Shown in pieces: positions 1-13,600 of a stretch of 64,000 nucleotides of DNA (positions within the stretch are counted from its first letter, which is position 1; every line of letters begins with the position of its first letter). A program made the position numbers and the translations under genes. The notes under the pieces are model-generated. The model worked only from the letters and a program-made list of their open reading frames with translations. It was not told the DNA's origin and made no database searches. Origin of the DNA: Raillietiella orientalis (taxonomy: Eukaryota). The DNA lies in the NCBI GenBank assembly GCA_036172245.1, contig JAYWIR010000030.1, positions 682,001 through 746,000 of the forward strand, given 5' to 3'.

Positions 1-299
1 TTGGATCTTGGCGTGGTCGCATCTGCAAAAGTGATCTTCCGTGGAAGATGTTGATTCAATACTTTTGTACGAATACTTGTCTTTGAAGAGCCTTTGAAAG
101 TGCCCATAGCAGGACATCTAAGAATTGTAGAAGACCGAAGATTGTTCCGCAGTGAAGAACTGTTTCGAAAGATGTAAGCAACGTTACATTTGTTTCAGTT
201 CCTGTTCTAGAAGTAAATCCCAGAGTTGGGACACGAAGTTTCTCTTTGCAAATTGGCAAGCGCCAAAACATTTCATTCTATTGGATATCCGTGAGATAG

Positions 300-2900
300 G
301 ATCTTCTGTTCTCACTTTACTATTATCGATGAGTCTCCGTCATTCTATATTTTGTGTAAAAAGCTCTAAGGCTGCTACTGTAGTAGAACAGGAGGGACTT
401 TTTTGTGGGAGCTCGCACAATGGATTACTCATTCCGCACTGGACGCTGTTGTTTTCGGTGCCCTTGGGTCCACATACAGATAGCTTGGAATACTTTTTCA
501 TGTGGTGGTCTTTAGAATCAAATTGCACCTTTGATCTCTATCTTAACCAGAGTAGCACTGTAGGATTGTTCCGGAATTTCTACATCCCCGTGGTGTTCTC
601 AAAATGATTACGGATCATCATGGCATCTTCTTGCATCCAGTTCGATGTTCTTTCGATGTAAGCTTGAATTCGTGTTTATTCGATTTGGGTGCATATAATA
701 GACGTTTGGTGAGAATCATCCACCATTTCCACCATTTTAGTTACTATCCGAAGAGTACCGACTCGAGTGAAAGCATTCCCGAAGAACGACGGCATTTTCG
801 GGAAACTTCGAGATCTCCAACGCAAAAGCAGAAAACGCGATGAGTGTGGTGTGGACCAACATCCATCATAAACAGGACATGTACTGGGGATGCGTTTTAG
901 GTCGCTGACCAGGATGAACAGTTGTCGGCGAGCCTCCGATAGATAACAAGATGGTGCAAAGTGCAGGGAATCCTCCCAAACATCTTTAATACGTATCAGC
1001 ATCGAATAAGCACACATACGTTTCGACACTTTCTTCGATATAAGCGTGCAAGCATGACTACTAGATCTTCCGTATTTCTAAAATGCAGCAGTTTTGAGCT
1101 CTGAAATGGTTGGCTATTGGCTCTGATACACAGAAGAACGCTGTTTTCAAAAAAACCAGGGGTTTCCGTGTGCTTCGGTTTGGAACTCTAAGCGAAAAGT
1201 TTCCATTGCATTCTTCTGGAATAGATACGATCGAGTTTCCCTCAGGTTCGTTGGTGCGGCTTCTCGAGAATGTGCAAATCCAGAAAAATGGATGGGTAGG
1301 GATATCCTCCCCGTCGGCCGTCAAAGAACTCGAGAACATGCACTGAAACAAAGGGATCTCGAGACTTGAAGTAGGGAAAAGAAAAGAATGGTCACCATCC
1401 GAGTCAGCAAACCAATCCTACCTAATGTGCTTCGATCTGCCTCTCTCTCTCTCTCTCTCTCTCTCTGCTCCCTTTCTCCAGGAAATGCACTTTGAGAATA
1501 TACGGAATCTGTCATGAAGAACATCCAGCTCTTCAGACCGAGTCCTTGGGAGAAGGGGGGGGGGGAATAGAGCGGAGCTGTTCACATTGTCCTTGGGTGA
1601 GACAGCTGCTTCAGTTGTCAGCTGTCACACAATTCGTCGTCGTGGCCTTGCTTCATGAGGTTTGATAAAGTATGCTGCAAAAAAGCTCCTTGGTTCCGGG
1701 TCCTTCGAGTTGTTGTTGTTTTTTTTTGAAGGAAAAGTGGAATGAGAGCGTACGCGCATTCAGGGATCCTTGATCCTTGAATGCAGTGGAGTTTCTCTCA
1801 TCGAAGGGAAGCTGAAAACGATCGATCCCCCAGACGATGCGAGGGCAGTGCTCTTCCGAGACGGCGGTGCATGTGGACGCTTCGTCCCTCTCTGCCAGTC
1901 AAGCGCATCTCAAAGTATGGAAGTGAACACCCGGGAGCAGCAGCAACACTTTTGTTCGTCGTTGTCATCGCGTAGGATCTGCGCGCGGCTGTCGCGCCAG
2001 GATTTGAGGTCGGCAAACAGGCATGAAATGTTGACGTATTGAGCAGCAGTGGTTGCCGAACATCAAGGTTTTTTGACGGCGGACGCTGTCAAAAAAAAGG
2101 TTCCCGCGTCGTCGCCTGTCTGCTTGCGAGGCATCCATGCTTGCCTAGTGATGTTCGGAATTCGCCGTTGCGAGGGAAACGTGAAAAAGCATCCGAAGCT
2201 CTTTGCTACTGATCGCCTCTCGTTCTTCTCCTGGTCTGGTCGGTGCCGCCCGCAAACTCATTGCCGCATCGACTGCACGACTACAGCATGCGGTGGCCGT
2301 GGGATTTTTCGTGCTCTCCGGATCCGTGTGCGTCTCTCCGACTGATGCCCTACGAACGTTTGATTTTTCCCGTGCGGGGAGGATATCCCTGCCCATCCGT
2401 TTTTCAGGCTTTGGGGTCACAGGCTCGGTCAAGAGCTTTTTGTTCACCTCATGCGACCGGCGATGATACGCCTCCTGGTGAAAGAGTTGGGTTCTCGCTG
2501 CTGAGCAGCGAACTGGTGGCAGATAGGTCCCGGAAAGTGCAAACTGCGGGGATCGGGAAAAATGAACCAATTTCTCTGTTAGATCTGACCGCTTTCACTC
2601 GGGAGGAAGTGAACGGCAAAGAATGTCGAGAGCTCCTTCCCAGGAATGCATTTCCCATTCCTCCTATAGGAAAGTCAATCCCCAGATCGACTCTGGAGAG
2701 CACCTTCAACACACGTTCAGAAGAAGGAAAGATGCCGTCGAAGTGGGAAGATGGTCCTCAGTCTGGAACGAGTGAAAGAAGAGATTGCTGATCTGCAGAC
2801 CATCTCGTAAGTTTGCCTCCTCACGCACAGGGGCATTTTCCCCGTCCTCTCCCTGTGTAAAGCCGATGTTTTGTAGAAGAAAGAACGAAATGAGGAATCC
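300..2900 (-). mobile_element. Heavily decayed non-LTR retrotransposon (LINE) ORF2: AP endonuclease and RT remnants
   Basis: Minus-strand fragments in the expected order. Endonuclease-like GGMGNAFL (cf. GGGVAIL), FALSGTYLPP (cf. SVYxPP) and RIIAG (cf. IIAGD) lie at about 2450-2700. RT-like CYLSEARRQ (cf. SYLSDRxQ) and ...DD...IQAYIERTSNW lie at about 650-950. Many stops and frameshifts; boundaries approximate. Confidence 0.45.
1441..1465. repeat. (CT)n microsatellite
   Basis: Direct read of about 12 CT units. Confidence 0.95.
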
Positions 2901-4445
2901 GATCTCCCTTTAGGTGGTTTCTGAAAGCTTAAGAATCGAGAAGGCTCATCCGTTCGGCTTTTTGCGTGATTTTCCAGCATGGAAAAGAAAAGTTTTTCGG
3001 ATGTTTCCTTGGTTTTCAGTCCATTGCCCGGTTTCACCCGGTTGTTTCTTAGGGATCTTCTCTTTTTTTAATTTTTTTTCGACCCCTCGTTCCAGATGAT
3101 ATCACATGATTGGAACAAATTAAGATCGAGCTTCGGGTTTCTCAACCTGTCAGTGGTACAAGATACAGGTGCGCGCCTATCTCCCATACACGGTCCTTTC
3201 CCGGCCGCAAGTGGTTGGGAAGCTCTTCTGAAGTGCTAAGCGATCTCCTCGCTCTCTCTGGAAACCTTCCAGATCGCGCAAACAGCTTCACACTTTCCCT
3301 GGCGGTTGTTCGGCGATGCTGCTGCTGTTCTAGGATCCCCCTTGCGACTCGCCACCACGGTACGAGAGGAGGTGTGGTGGTCCCCCAACCGCCCCGCATG
3401 CGGAGAAGTGGGAAGGCCTTCACATTGATGACCTTGAGGGACAACGAGATGGCCCCACCCAGTGCATTTCAGAGTGCGACTTGCCAGCCCCTGCAGGGGA
3501 TAAAGAGGACGCCATGAGGATGCCGATGACCTTCCTCCCCTTATCCTCTTCCCCCCCTCCACGTACACACATAAAAAAGTTACATACCTTTTTATTGATT
3601 CATTTGGCACCCCTTTCCCCAATCGCATCCAGGATTCTCGGGACTTTGGCAGCCAACTAGTCCCAGTTGGATTATTATTATTATTTTTGTTTTCACATGT
3701 TTGTTCTTACTGGGTGGTCCTTTTCACTTTCTTAAGCTCCCTGGAAGGAACTGTTGTGCAGTCCCTTTCACCGAGCTGCATCTCTGGTGAGTCGTGTCTA
3801 GTTAAGAACTTTAGCTTGAAATCTGTTTCGTTTCGCGAGGCAGCGGATGCTCGCGAGATACTCGCGCCGCCGGTGTCTTACCGACCCGCGGAGATGAATC
3901 AGATCGCATTCTTTTCCTGCATGTGAGCGCTCAGCGAAGGCTCGGGAAGGCTTCCGTGGACCTCCAGGCAACGTGGGATGTGTCAGAGCGTGTTCCAAAT
4001 CTTTACCCGGAAAGCAAAGTAGAAGGTGTGTTGGGCTGGCATCGGGGTTCCGGGCAGAACGCGGAGAAAACGTTTTCGTCTCGTGAGAGAGGAGTCGCCG
4101 CTCCTTGCCGAAGGAACCGCTTCGGGAAGTCGGTCTGAACGTCCAGTCCCACTCCGGTGCTGTCGAGGCTCCACGATCCGTCTGCTCCACTGTTCGTGCA
4201 AGGCAAAAAAGTCAACTGCGCACGCAGCAATCTGCTGAACGCTTGGGTCGATGAGCACAGTATCCTGAAGACACCATCCGCGTTTCCCGGGGCGTGTTTC
4301 TTTGATGCACTCATTTCCTCTTTGCTGTTGGTTAGTCGCTAGCCAGTCGTTTGGCTGCCAGCATTTCTTTCAAGAATTGCTTGCTCCTTGGCGAGAAGAG
4401 CCTGCCGATGTGTTCGATCCAAAAGGGTTCGTGCGGGGGGGCCAT

Positions 4446-5262
4446 GCCCACGTCGGAGGCCACGTGGTCACGGTCTCCGCGTGTGGCAGCAACAAGAGTC
4501 GCGGGTTCGAATAACCGGAAAGAATCGGCGCAGAGAGATGGAGGTTCGTCGTGGGTTCGCGTTTCTCTCGCGAGATGGCGCTGGGTGGTCTCTCGCGAGA
4601 TGACGCTCCGGGTGCTGCACTGGTAGCGGATAACACCGGATGCCCCTGTCGACTGGCCGTGTCGGAAGTTGACCCTCTGGGATCCTTCCTGAAAGCAAGG
4701 AGCCGGTCGGTTCCCTTCGGGGGTCCCCTCCGGTTATGCAAAGGAGCTTTCCCCTCGCCTTCGGAGGGGACCCTCCGTCTCGTACCATGGAGCTGTTGGA
4801 TTGATGATGCCTCTCCAGTGTACAAAGGATAACGCTGTTGCCTTCGGGGAGCGAACCTTTCAGAGAAACTGGGGAGCATCCCTTCGGGGTTCTCTTTAGA
4901 GGATCAACAAGGAGCAGTCCCCTTGCGGGTTCCCTCCGGAGAAGAAAAAATGGAGCGGTCGCCTCCGGAGAGAATCAGGAAGAGGTTTCCGAGGCGGCAA
5001 CCAGGGCGAAGGTATGTTCCCTTCGAGAGTCCCTCCCAGGCGTGAGGGGAACGGACTTCTTCCTCCAGAGCCCTTCCTGGGTTCATAGGGTGGTCCCCTC
5101 CCGGGGTACCCCCTATCTTGAAGAATTACATGCACCCTCGGGTGGCGTGGACAGCGTGAAAGAGCTGCGTAGGTCGCCAAGTGCGCGACGGTTCTTGAGG
5201 TACTCAGCGAACCAAAAAAAAAAGGAAAACCCGAAAAAAGAAAGAAAGAAAGAAAAAAAAAA
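4446..5262 (+). mobile_element. tRNA-headed SINE-like element, copy 1, with tandem stem-loop body
   Basis: Head GCCCACGTCGGAGGC..GTGGTCA (A-box-like) and B box GGTTCGAATA at 4504. Collinear similarity with 45635-46588. Shared 3' end GAGGTACTYAGCGAACC, then an A-rich tail at 5214-5262. No internal TTTT. Candidate TSD AAAAGGGTTCG at 4421-4431 and 5259-5269. Confidence 0.8.
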
Positions 5263-6739
5263 GGGTTCGCTCTGCCTGACGGCAGTCCACAACGCATGAG
5301 CGATTGCCCTGCAGCCCAGTCGCGGCTTATACGGACGCAGACCCACGCGAAGGGGATTCCATTCGAAAGTGTCCCCACTTTCGGATGGAGCGAGTGGCGT
5401 CCCTGCACAAGGGGGGATCGACGCCGAAGACCTCCCGGTGTGCTGAACTTTTTGTTCAGTTCCGTCTGGATTTTTAGACAGTCCCTTTTGTTGAAGGATA
5501 ATGCGGAAGTTCTCCGGAAGTTCCCATCCATCTTGGGGAGAGAGAAGGAAGGAGTCCAAAAATATCCTCATTTCTATAGTAACGCACAACCATTGCCTGT
5601 TTTTTTTTTTTTTTTTTTAACTTCTCAAAAGCAGCGAAGACAGTTGATCGGGCGCAGTCTGCCCCCGCATGGAGTACGACTAGATCCACATGGGCTCTTC
5701 CTCTTCGTTCAGTGGCTGTTCCCTAGAGCGAAGGGTCGGTTTCGGGGTCAAGTCCTTTCGCTTCGTGGCCCCCGCCCCCGAGTGGGATCCTTGCCACAGT
5801 CCGGAAACTTTCCGCGTGGTGTCCCAGGTGCCCCTTGTCCCTGCCTCTGTCGGGCTAGGGCCTCGACACAGAGTCGAAGGAACTTCTCGTTTTTCTTTTG
5901 CTTGCGGCAGCCCCACAGAGTTCCCTCAGACATTGCCACCCGGTCACGCCAGGCGTTTATTGATTAAAATAAACTCGCAACTCTTGAGGTGGGGTACGAT
6001 ACCTCACCACAGCCAACTCAGCAATGGACCTGCCAGGTCGCAGGTACGCAGACCAGTGGACTCACCTCGGCGGCGGAGGGGGATGGGAGAATACAGAAAT
6101 AAAAATAAATAAGAACGCTCCGGAGGGTCGAGAAGGGATCACTGTCCGCTGGCGAGAGTCCGCATCCTTTCGAGGATGCCGACTAGGTCCGTCCGTATGC
6201 TGCCCAGGTGGGGCCACGTGGCCGCCATCCGCAGAAAGCGGAAAAGCACATTCGATGGCGTCCCTCCCGTTTCTTCCTCTGTCGGCTTCACTTCAAGCCG
6301 CCCCCTCTGGCGTGGTTTTCAAACCTGCCGAGGCTCGGCGTGCGCAGTGCAGCCTGCTGGTATGTGACCAGCGGTTATCGCAGTCCTCGTTTTCCACCCG
6401 GTTTCTCTGGGGCATTTATTATTTAAAAAAATAATAATGGAAGTACGCTTAAATGTTCAAGTGTGGTGGAAAACTTGGTCGCACCACGTACTCGGAACTT
6501 ACCACTTACCACGACCGGTACGCATACTGACGAGGCCCGTTTCCACAGCGACGGGGAAGAGAAAACAATGTGGGGGGAGGGGAACAAAAAAGAGAAAAAC
6601 GGGAGGAAAAGTTTTATTAGGGAGGGGACCGGGTATAGGATCACAATTAGCTGGCAGACATCCTCAGCATCCTGTTCAGGATACTGACAAGTTCAGTCCA
6701 AAGGTTAACCCGGGTGGGACCATCTCGAGGCGGTCTTCA

Positions 6740-8000
6740 AGGAGATCGTCGCCCAGTGGATGACGTCCCTTCCGTTTCGGCCTCTTCTCCTGGCCCTCCA
6801 CGCCGCCGCCATCCCGCGAAGACAGCGGAGCACAGCAAGGGACGCGGCTGGCGGCACGCACGAAGAGGCGTTTGCAAAATGTCCCTGGGGCCGCCGACCG
6901 CGATCCCTAGGGTCGTCGAGAAGCCGACGCCGATGCGGACGGAGGGCGTCGCGGTCCAGCGGAAGGCACGGTCGCAGTCCACGTTGGGCGATTCCCCTTG
7001 ATGGGAGCGATGGGGGCGTAGCGGCAAGATAGGCGATGCGTTTCAACCACGAGGAAGGTGCGTACCCGCGCGGACTAAAAATGACCGGCAGCGCCCGTTG
7101 GTGCTTACCGGCCCGGGTCCTGGCCAAGCGAGCAGCCGGCTCACAAGGACTCACTTCGTTCCTCGTTGACGGCCACCGAAGACTGCCGCGATACGCGGCC
7201 GCTGCCAGCTCCGGAAGACGGTTGCTCAGGACCACGCTTGGACATCCCTCGCCGACGAGCTGTGGTGCCTGGAAACGGAGAGTTGCTTGGACGTGGGAGA
7301 AGATCAGCGGCACGGGTCCGGAAGAAACGCAACGTCTGCGGCGGCGCTCCAGACACGCTCGCTGCTCTCTGAAGGAGATGATGGACTGCCCGTGGGGGAC
7401 CTTCTTGCCGGCCCAGGAAACTCCCCCTGCTGCAACATTGTCGTTCTTGAGGATAGCAAGGACAGCCCCCAGTCGGCAAGATGGAACCGCAAGATCGCAG
7501 GAAAAAATTGGGATGCTGGATGGCGCGTCAACGGGCCGACGCTTCCACCCATCGCCGCCCTCCCCAAAGGGCCTCTCCGCTGGGAAGATTCTCCTTGGAA
7601 ACCCGTTGGAAGAAGTGGAGATCCACGCGGTGTTCTTCGGCAGCTTCGTATTTCCCCTGAATTGGCGGGACTCGACGTGGAGACTGCCGCATCGGGCCAC
7701 TTCACGCAAGGCACGCTCCCACCCCTGGACCAAGGGAAGTGCGGCTCCAGAGTGCGACAGGCGCGGTCAAAGGGAAACAACCCTACCGCACCTGCTTTTG
7801 GAGTGTGTTGCCCTCCGGTGTGCGTGGGGACTTTCGACCACGTCCCCGAACTGCCCAGAAGACCACCTGAGGGCCTCGGTCAGACGCCTCTTTACCGCGT
7901 GGCGGATGTCGCCTGCCGCGATCCCGCGACGATGCATCCGCGGAGCCGTGGCGGCGACCGGAACCGGGGAGCCACCTCCGTCTTCTCGTTCCTAAGGATC
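6740..8000 (+). mobile_element. Decayed L1/Tx1-type LINE ORF2, 3' part (late RT region and zf-RVT zinc knuckle)
   Basis: ORF 7036-7995 contains NWRDSTWRLPHRA and CDRRGQRETTLPHLLLECVALRCAW (cf. CxxC..ETxxHLLxxCxxxxxxW). Upstream are WAIPL (cf. YLGIPL) and VAWTWEKI. Confidence 0.6.
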
Positions 8001-8650
8001 GCGGCAGGGATGGCCGCACCCTGGGACGCAACCAGGAGGAACTTTCCGGCATCCTTGAGAGGATGAGGAGGCCACCAGGGAGCAACCTGCGATCCTTTCT
8101 CTTCACCCCCCCCCTCCTCCAAAAATTTCAGTATCTTTTTTTTTTTTTTTTAAACGAATATGCATTTATTTTGTTTCCCTTCCCCCCAATTTCCCCGCGT
8201 GGACCTCTTCCGGCGACCGCTCTGCGCACGATGCTGCTGCTTCCGCAACATCCGGAAGTAGTGGCATCGTGCCGTCCCTACAGGAAGACTAGGAGATTTG
8301 TTGATGGAAGGATTTATCGGATTTGTTGTATCTTTTGCAATGAACGTCCCGGAGTGAAAGGGTGAAAATATACATGCGAAAAAAAAATGGCGACGGCTGT
8401 GAAGAGGGAAAGCTCGAGAGCCAGAAAGGTCAGGCTCTGGAACTATCTCGGAAAGGGGAAGCGGAAACCAAAAAAAGAACTTCCGGCTCGCTCTCGAGCA
8501 TCCACTTATGCTCCCCCCTTCGCCGCGCTTGCGTCGGAGCATGTCTCCTGCTGCCACGTCAACGAACAGGGAAGGAAAAACCCAGGAGAAAGGCAGCCGC
8601 AAAAAAAAAAAGAAGAAAATGACCAGGTGTGTGGAAACTGTATGAGGGCA

Positions 8651-8681
<31 letters not shown>

Positions 8682-9299
8682 CTCCTACTCCTTATGAATC
8701 GTGCATCTCGGGGAAAAGAGAATACCTCTCCAGCCCTATTCCTGCCTTCCCTCGGAAGAAGCCAGGATGTCCCAGGGGAAACACGGAAAATTTCCTTGCG
8801 GTTTGCAGGGTTTGCAAGTCGGGGGGCCGCGTGAGAGGGGCACGCCGGAGGCCAAGAGGGTCTTCGGGAGGAGAAAGGGAAGTTTGCACCCCCGCTCGCG
8901 CAGGAGTTGATATCCCGGAGCACCAAATCGAGGCTGGTTGTTTCTGTCGGAAAAACTGGCTCCAGGAGAGGGCGTCCGCAAGCCCAGGTTTGGCACCGAG
9001 CACCCTAGGACTGCGCGGACGAGCACCTGCGCGCTACGTCGCACGCGCGCTCTCTGGGCTCTTCCTCCTTGCTCCCTGTGTTTTGTTTCGGCTCGCTTTG
9101 CTCGCATATCCGCCCCCAAGAGTCGCAAGCAAGGGGGGGGGAAGGGGGGGGGAGGGAAATGAAGGGGCAAACAACTGAAAACTACCAGACGGAGCCCGAA
9201 GGCTTCAGCCGAGAGCATCCTTCCCCGAGGCAAGGTTCTTCTGCAGGGACTCGTGGCTTGTGATCACTTCCTGCCTGCTCATTCGTTGCTCGTTGACCC

Positions 9300-10000
9300 T
9301 CTCCTCAAGAATTCAGCCGTCTCGAGGACGGCGATGCCGACCGGCGGGGCCACCCGCGACTTAACACTCCAGGGGGGAGGCACTGAAAGCACGGAATCGC
9401 CTCTGCAGACGGCTCTCTCTCTCGGCTGTGATCTCTTTCGTGCCTTCAGCGGAGCCTCACCGGCCCGCCGATTTCCGGGTCAAGGTCAAGACCCTTCTCT
9501 ACTCCGAACGAGGGACTCTTTGCTGTTCTCTTCTCACGAGCCCGCATTCCTGGGCTTCTTGCAGCGATTCCCCGCCAGAGAGACACCGGGAGGACCAGGT
9601 AGCGAGCGAGGGGAGGAGGAACACAGCCCGAATGTGGGAGGCAATCGCCCCGACGGGGATCTGCGAAGCAGCAGCAGAGATCTCCTCCGTGATGGTCGGA
9701 GAAGGCAAGTTTTCGAGAACAGTGTGAAGGCCCGGCTCGCGGAGGGGGGAAGGAAGGGGGACAGAGATCATCGGACCAGACTGGTGCCCTCAGCCCCTGA
9801 CTCGCGGGGAAATCCTCCGTCCGCTCATCTACTCCGCGTTGCTTCCGCTCTCAGATCCACTCTCTCCCCCTACGGTGCAGCAAGTCAGCGAAGAGTCAGT
9901 GTGGGAAATCGGGAGAGGATCAGGGGCGTCCTCTCTCGAGTGTGGAAGACCGGCCTGGAACTGGACCAGCGTGTTGCTGCCGCTGCGGAGACAGCCTCGA
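9300..10000 (-). mobile_element. Decayed LINE ORF1/gag-like remnant (PRE_C2HC-type)
   Basis: REPGLHTVLENLPSPTITEEISAA resembles the VVLRGLP....EEI motif of Jockey/R1/I ORF1. It is followed, in another frame, by IPCFQCL. Confidence 0.35.
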
Positions 10001-12649
10001 GACAGGTGGGCCTGCTCCCTTAGCCCCTCCCCTCCCTAGGGTGCACTCTTTCGAAAAAGCAGGCTACCTCATCAAGGCATTAGAAGCATGCTGTTCTTTC
10101 GGAACGACTATCGGAGACCAGCAAGACTCGAAGAAGTGCGCGAGCTGCTCAACAGTGTGCAGAAAACAACAGAAGCTCGAGTGATCAAGAACAAGCTTAC
10201 ACCACCCGACCAGCCCTCCTCCTATGGGGCTCTCGCCCCTTGTGCAGATCCCGCAGCCGCCTACTGAATTGCAGCGCGCTCATTGAACAGTGCGGTGGGA
10301 ACTTCTGAGGCAGGCAACAAACGTCCCATAGGGCTGCGACCGTTCGCCAAAGGTTGCCAGGGAAGGCCAGGGCATCCCTCCCCAAGTTGCACTCATGGCG
10401 CCCCTTCTCTGGCCAGCCTGTCGTCGCGCCGTGGGTTGAGCGAGCACTCTAGCGCCGGGGAGAGGGAATCCGGGCGACGCTCCAGTCTCGAAAATAGAGC
10501 TCGAGGACGAGGGATAGCCCGTCGTTAGTCGGATGAGTCGTATGGTCGTCTCCCTGGTCCTTTTCCCTTCCGGGTAGTGCCTGGATGCTGGTATTGTGAA
10601 GTTTCCTCCAGATGCCTGCTAAAGTGTTCTGCAACCGTCTACGGGTTCTTCCTAACAAGAACCTTCGTAAAATAAATACATCAGGATGAATTTGAGAATT
10701 CTCCAAGCATTTCAGTAAACTGGGTATTGAACTTGGTTGTTTTTCTTTTTCGGGTTTCTCTTTCCCGTTCCCCCCCCCCCCCTCACGTTCTGGGAGTGCT
10801 GACCGTTAGTGTATGGGCCCAATGTAACCGAGGCACTGAAATGCCGTTCAGCATGGGTACCAGGTCTCATTGCTGTTTATGACGTTATAGGTGTTGCGAA
10901 ATTATTACTGTTGTTGTTTGAAATCTCCGATCACTTTCAAACAGCTATAATTAACCAAAAACTAAATAACAGGAAATTACATTGCATCCTGCCAAATAAC
11001 CGCTGGTGCCTGTCGAGTAACTCCTTCTGCCTTTCTATGCATTTCCCGGTTGTGGCCGACTTCTGCCGTCTTCCTACTCGCTGGGCGCTGCTGCAAAAAA
11101 GGCGACTCGATGCTTCTTTGCTGCCGACGCGTTTCGAATCTCCACGAACTTCAGATTGCGTCTATCCTGATTTGCATGAGGCGTGGCACTTGCGTGAGCT
11201 TTCGCTCAGTGCTGCAAGTGATCGTGCATAGTAGTAGAATAGAATACCATTCCCGGCCGAGCTTCAGAGGCAGTACGAATCGGGAAAGTCAAGCGAGCAT
11301 GCGTCATACTCGAAGTATGCCGTTGTCCCTTGACAAAATGCGTACGAGTTGAACGCCGAAAATGTGGACTTTGCACGTCGATTAATCACGTACAAGTTGT
11401 ACCTTGTGTTCTCAGCGTTTACTTAAGTCGTTGCATCACCGGAGCGGGAAGCTTCCCCCCTCCCCCCCCCCCATCACTCTCCTTCCCTTCTCGGATCACG
11501 TGGATGCGTAATCACATCTCTGGGATTCTCAGAACCTCGGCTGCTGCACACTTGGCGTGCATGGGGTTTTAAAGAGCCCCCTTTCTCCTTGCGTTCCACT
11601 CGGTGGCTTGGTCTCCTTGGACTCGCAAGCTCTCATGTGCTCTCCTGCAAAACCTTTTGGTGTGGATGCAGACCTACAGAGCAGACCTACATTGTTTTCG
11701 TTGCTTACGGTTAATGTCTTTCAAAAAAAAAAAAAAATTCCCCTGCTCTCACACTTCTAAAAATCCTCTTCATCTCAAAATTAACCTCATCCTGATGGTG
11801 GCGGCGGTTCTGCGCTGCGCCCGCCAGCCTGCTCTCTCTTCGACAGCAGCAATTCGAAATCCACTAATCTCTGACGTCAAACGAATATCGGGAAATTTAG
11901 TGTTGACAACCTCTGTGTGTGCCAAATAATGGCTCCCACAGAGGGTATGTGGATTTCAAATTGCTGCTGTCATCGTTTTCAATTTATCAACCACTCTGCG
12001 TCTTTGGGTATTTTTTTTTTTTCCTTATTATTATTATAAGGCGCACCCACACCCAGGACGCGTATGCAGTTCACGAAGACACCTGTATTGGGAATGGTGA
12101 CTCATGCTTGGATTTAAAGGTGCAAGCCTTCAGAGATGCGCAGATCCCACACCTTGTTTTGCTTTCGTTTAGCTGTGCATGGAGGCCCGAGACTCTGAAT
12201 CTCAGTGTTTCAAGACAACACACAGGAAACACGATGGGGTATTCGTCGGCCACCGTCAGTCCAGGGGAAGCTCATTGATTGAGAGTTGCGATTTTGTTTC
12301 GCTCGGCATCGTTCCGGCCGAAGAAGTGCAAGGCTAGTTTTCGCTTCGTTTCCTCCTGTTGAGAGGTGAAAAGACCTTGGAAACTGGCCTCTTTCGTAGA
12401 TGGACGAATTTCTGCCGAACAGAAAGACTAGCTGACACAAAAAAGGCAAAGACTTCCGTAGTGCCAGGGTTAAAGTTGTTTGAATCTGATCTCGTCATCG
12501 AATGATGCATCCACAGAGAGAGAGAAAAAAAAAAAAGGGCTCCAAGGACCGAACAGCTATCTGGTGGTATTATGAATGCAGGCGTAATCAGAAGAGCATG
12601 TGAGACGCAGAGGCGTTTTTCGTAGATGAGTAAACTCACAGGCATTCAA

Positions 12650-13600
12650 TACGAATGTCAAAAAGGAACAACTGAATTCTTTCCGTTCTTTGGAGAGTGC
12701 ACTGCTAACCACCCTTAAGATCGCGCCCATTATTTTGTCCGTAACTCAATGCGAGATGCTATGATGCTATAGGATGGATTTTAGAAGATCTTGATCCACC
12801 TGCACTTGCCTTGGAATCGTTGTACTTTTCTGGTTCCTGCACTTGCTTACTACCGTGGAACGATTACTCATTGCACAGATAATTAGTCGTTTGCAAGTAA
12901 ACCATCCAGGCTGTGTAACTAGCAAGCAGTGACGGAAATGCAAATCGAGGAATTGGGTTCTGCTCCATCCACAGATGAATGCACAGCGCGTTCTGGGTGG
13001 CACTGTAGTCTTCAATAGGTGCCACAGTGTAGTATAGTTCATGGGTTTACTTCGTGGTCTCTTATGGGAAACGTACGAGTCCAAAGATGGAAAATTCCTC
13101 ACGTTTGGCGAACTGATGCTGAACCAGTCATCTGTCTGTATGATTGATTTGAGATTCGGGATTTATTTCGGGGAGGAGCTCTTCCTGCGCTTTCTTTTCC
13201 CTCTTGCTGTACAGCAGCGTGCAACAGGCTTCTCAATTACGTCACGTATTTTTAGACCTGATTTGAAAAAGATACTTTTTAATGGTTCGACTTTTTTCGA
13301 TGCTCTGAATCTTTGCTGCATTTGCACGTCTGCCTCATTGTGCAGCCAAGAGAGATCCTTTTTTTTTTTGTCAAAAAATGCATTAATAATAATGTAATAA
13401 TTTTTTGTGGGCACTGATACTCGATAACAGTTGAATGTTGTGAGAAAATATTTCTAGTAACTGCACATTATTACATGCATCGATGGCATGGAGCCCTACT
13501 CTTCGGAAGAAATACATACAAATGGCTCAGAATCCCTTCATGAGCGACGATGCTCCGAGAAAATGTGTTCGTTGCTGTTGTTATTTTGATCGCATCATTA
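12650..13600 (-). mobile_element. Decayed LINE RT remnant
   Basis: Minus-strand KSSSPK*IP (cf. KSxGPDxIP), HCLLVTQPGWF (cf. LL...QxGF) and VDQDLLKS (cf. YLDFxKAF) in the canonical order, with many lesions. Confidence 0.35.

Noticed and set aside
5632..5643. 12-mer CAGCGAAGACAG found downstream of both SINE cores (also about 46638)
   Set aside because: Many 12-mer coincidences are expected in 64 kb, and the flanks do not align.
6705..7733. 342-aa minus-strand ORF
   Set aside because: Antisense shadow of the GC-rich LINE remnant on the plus strand.
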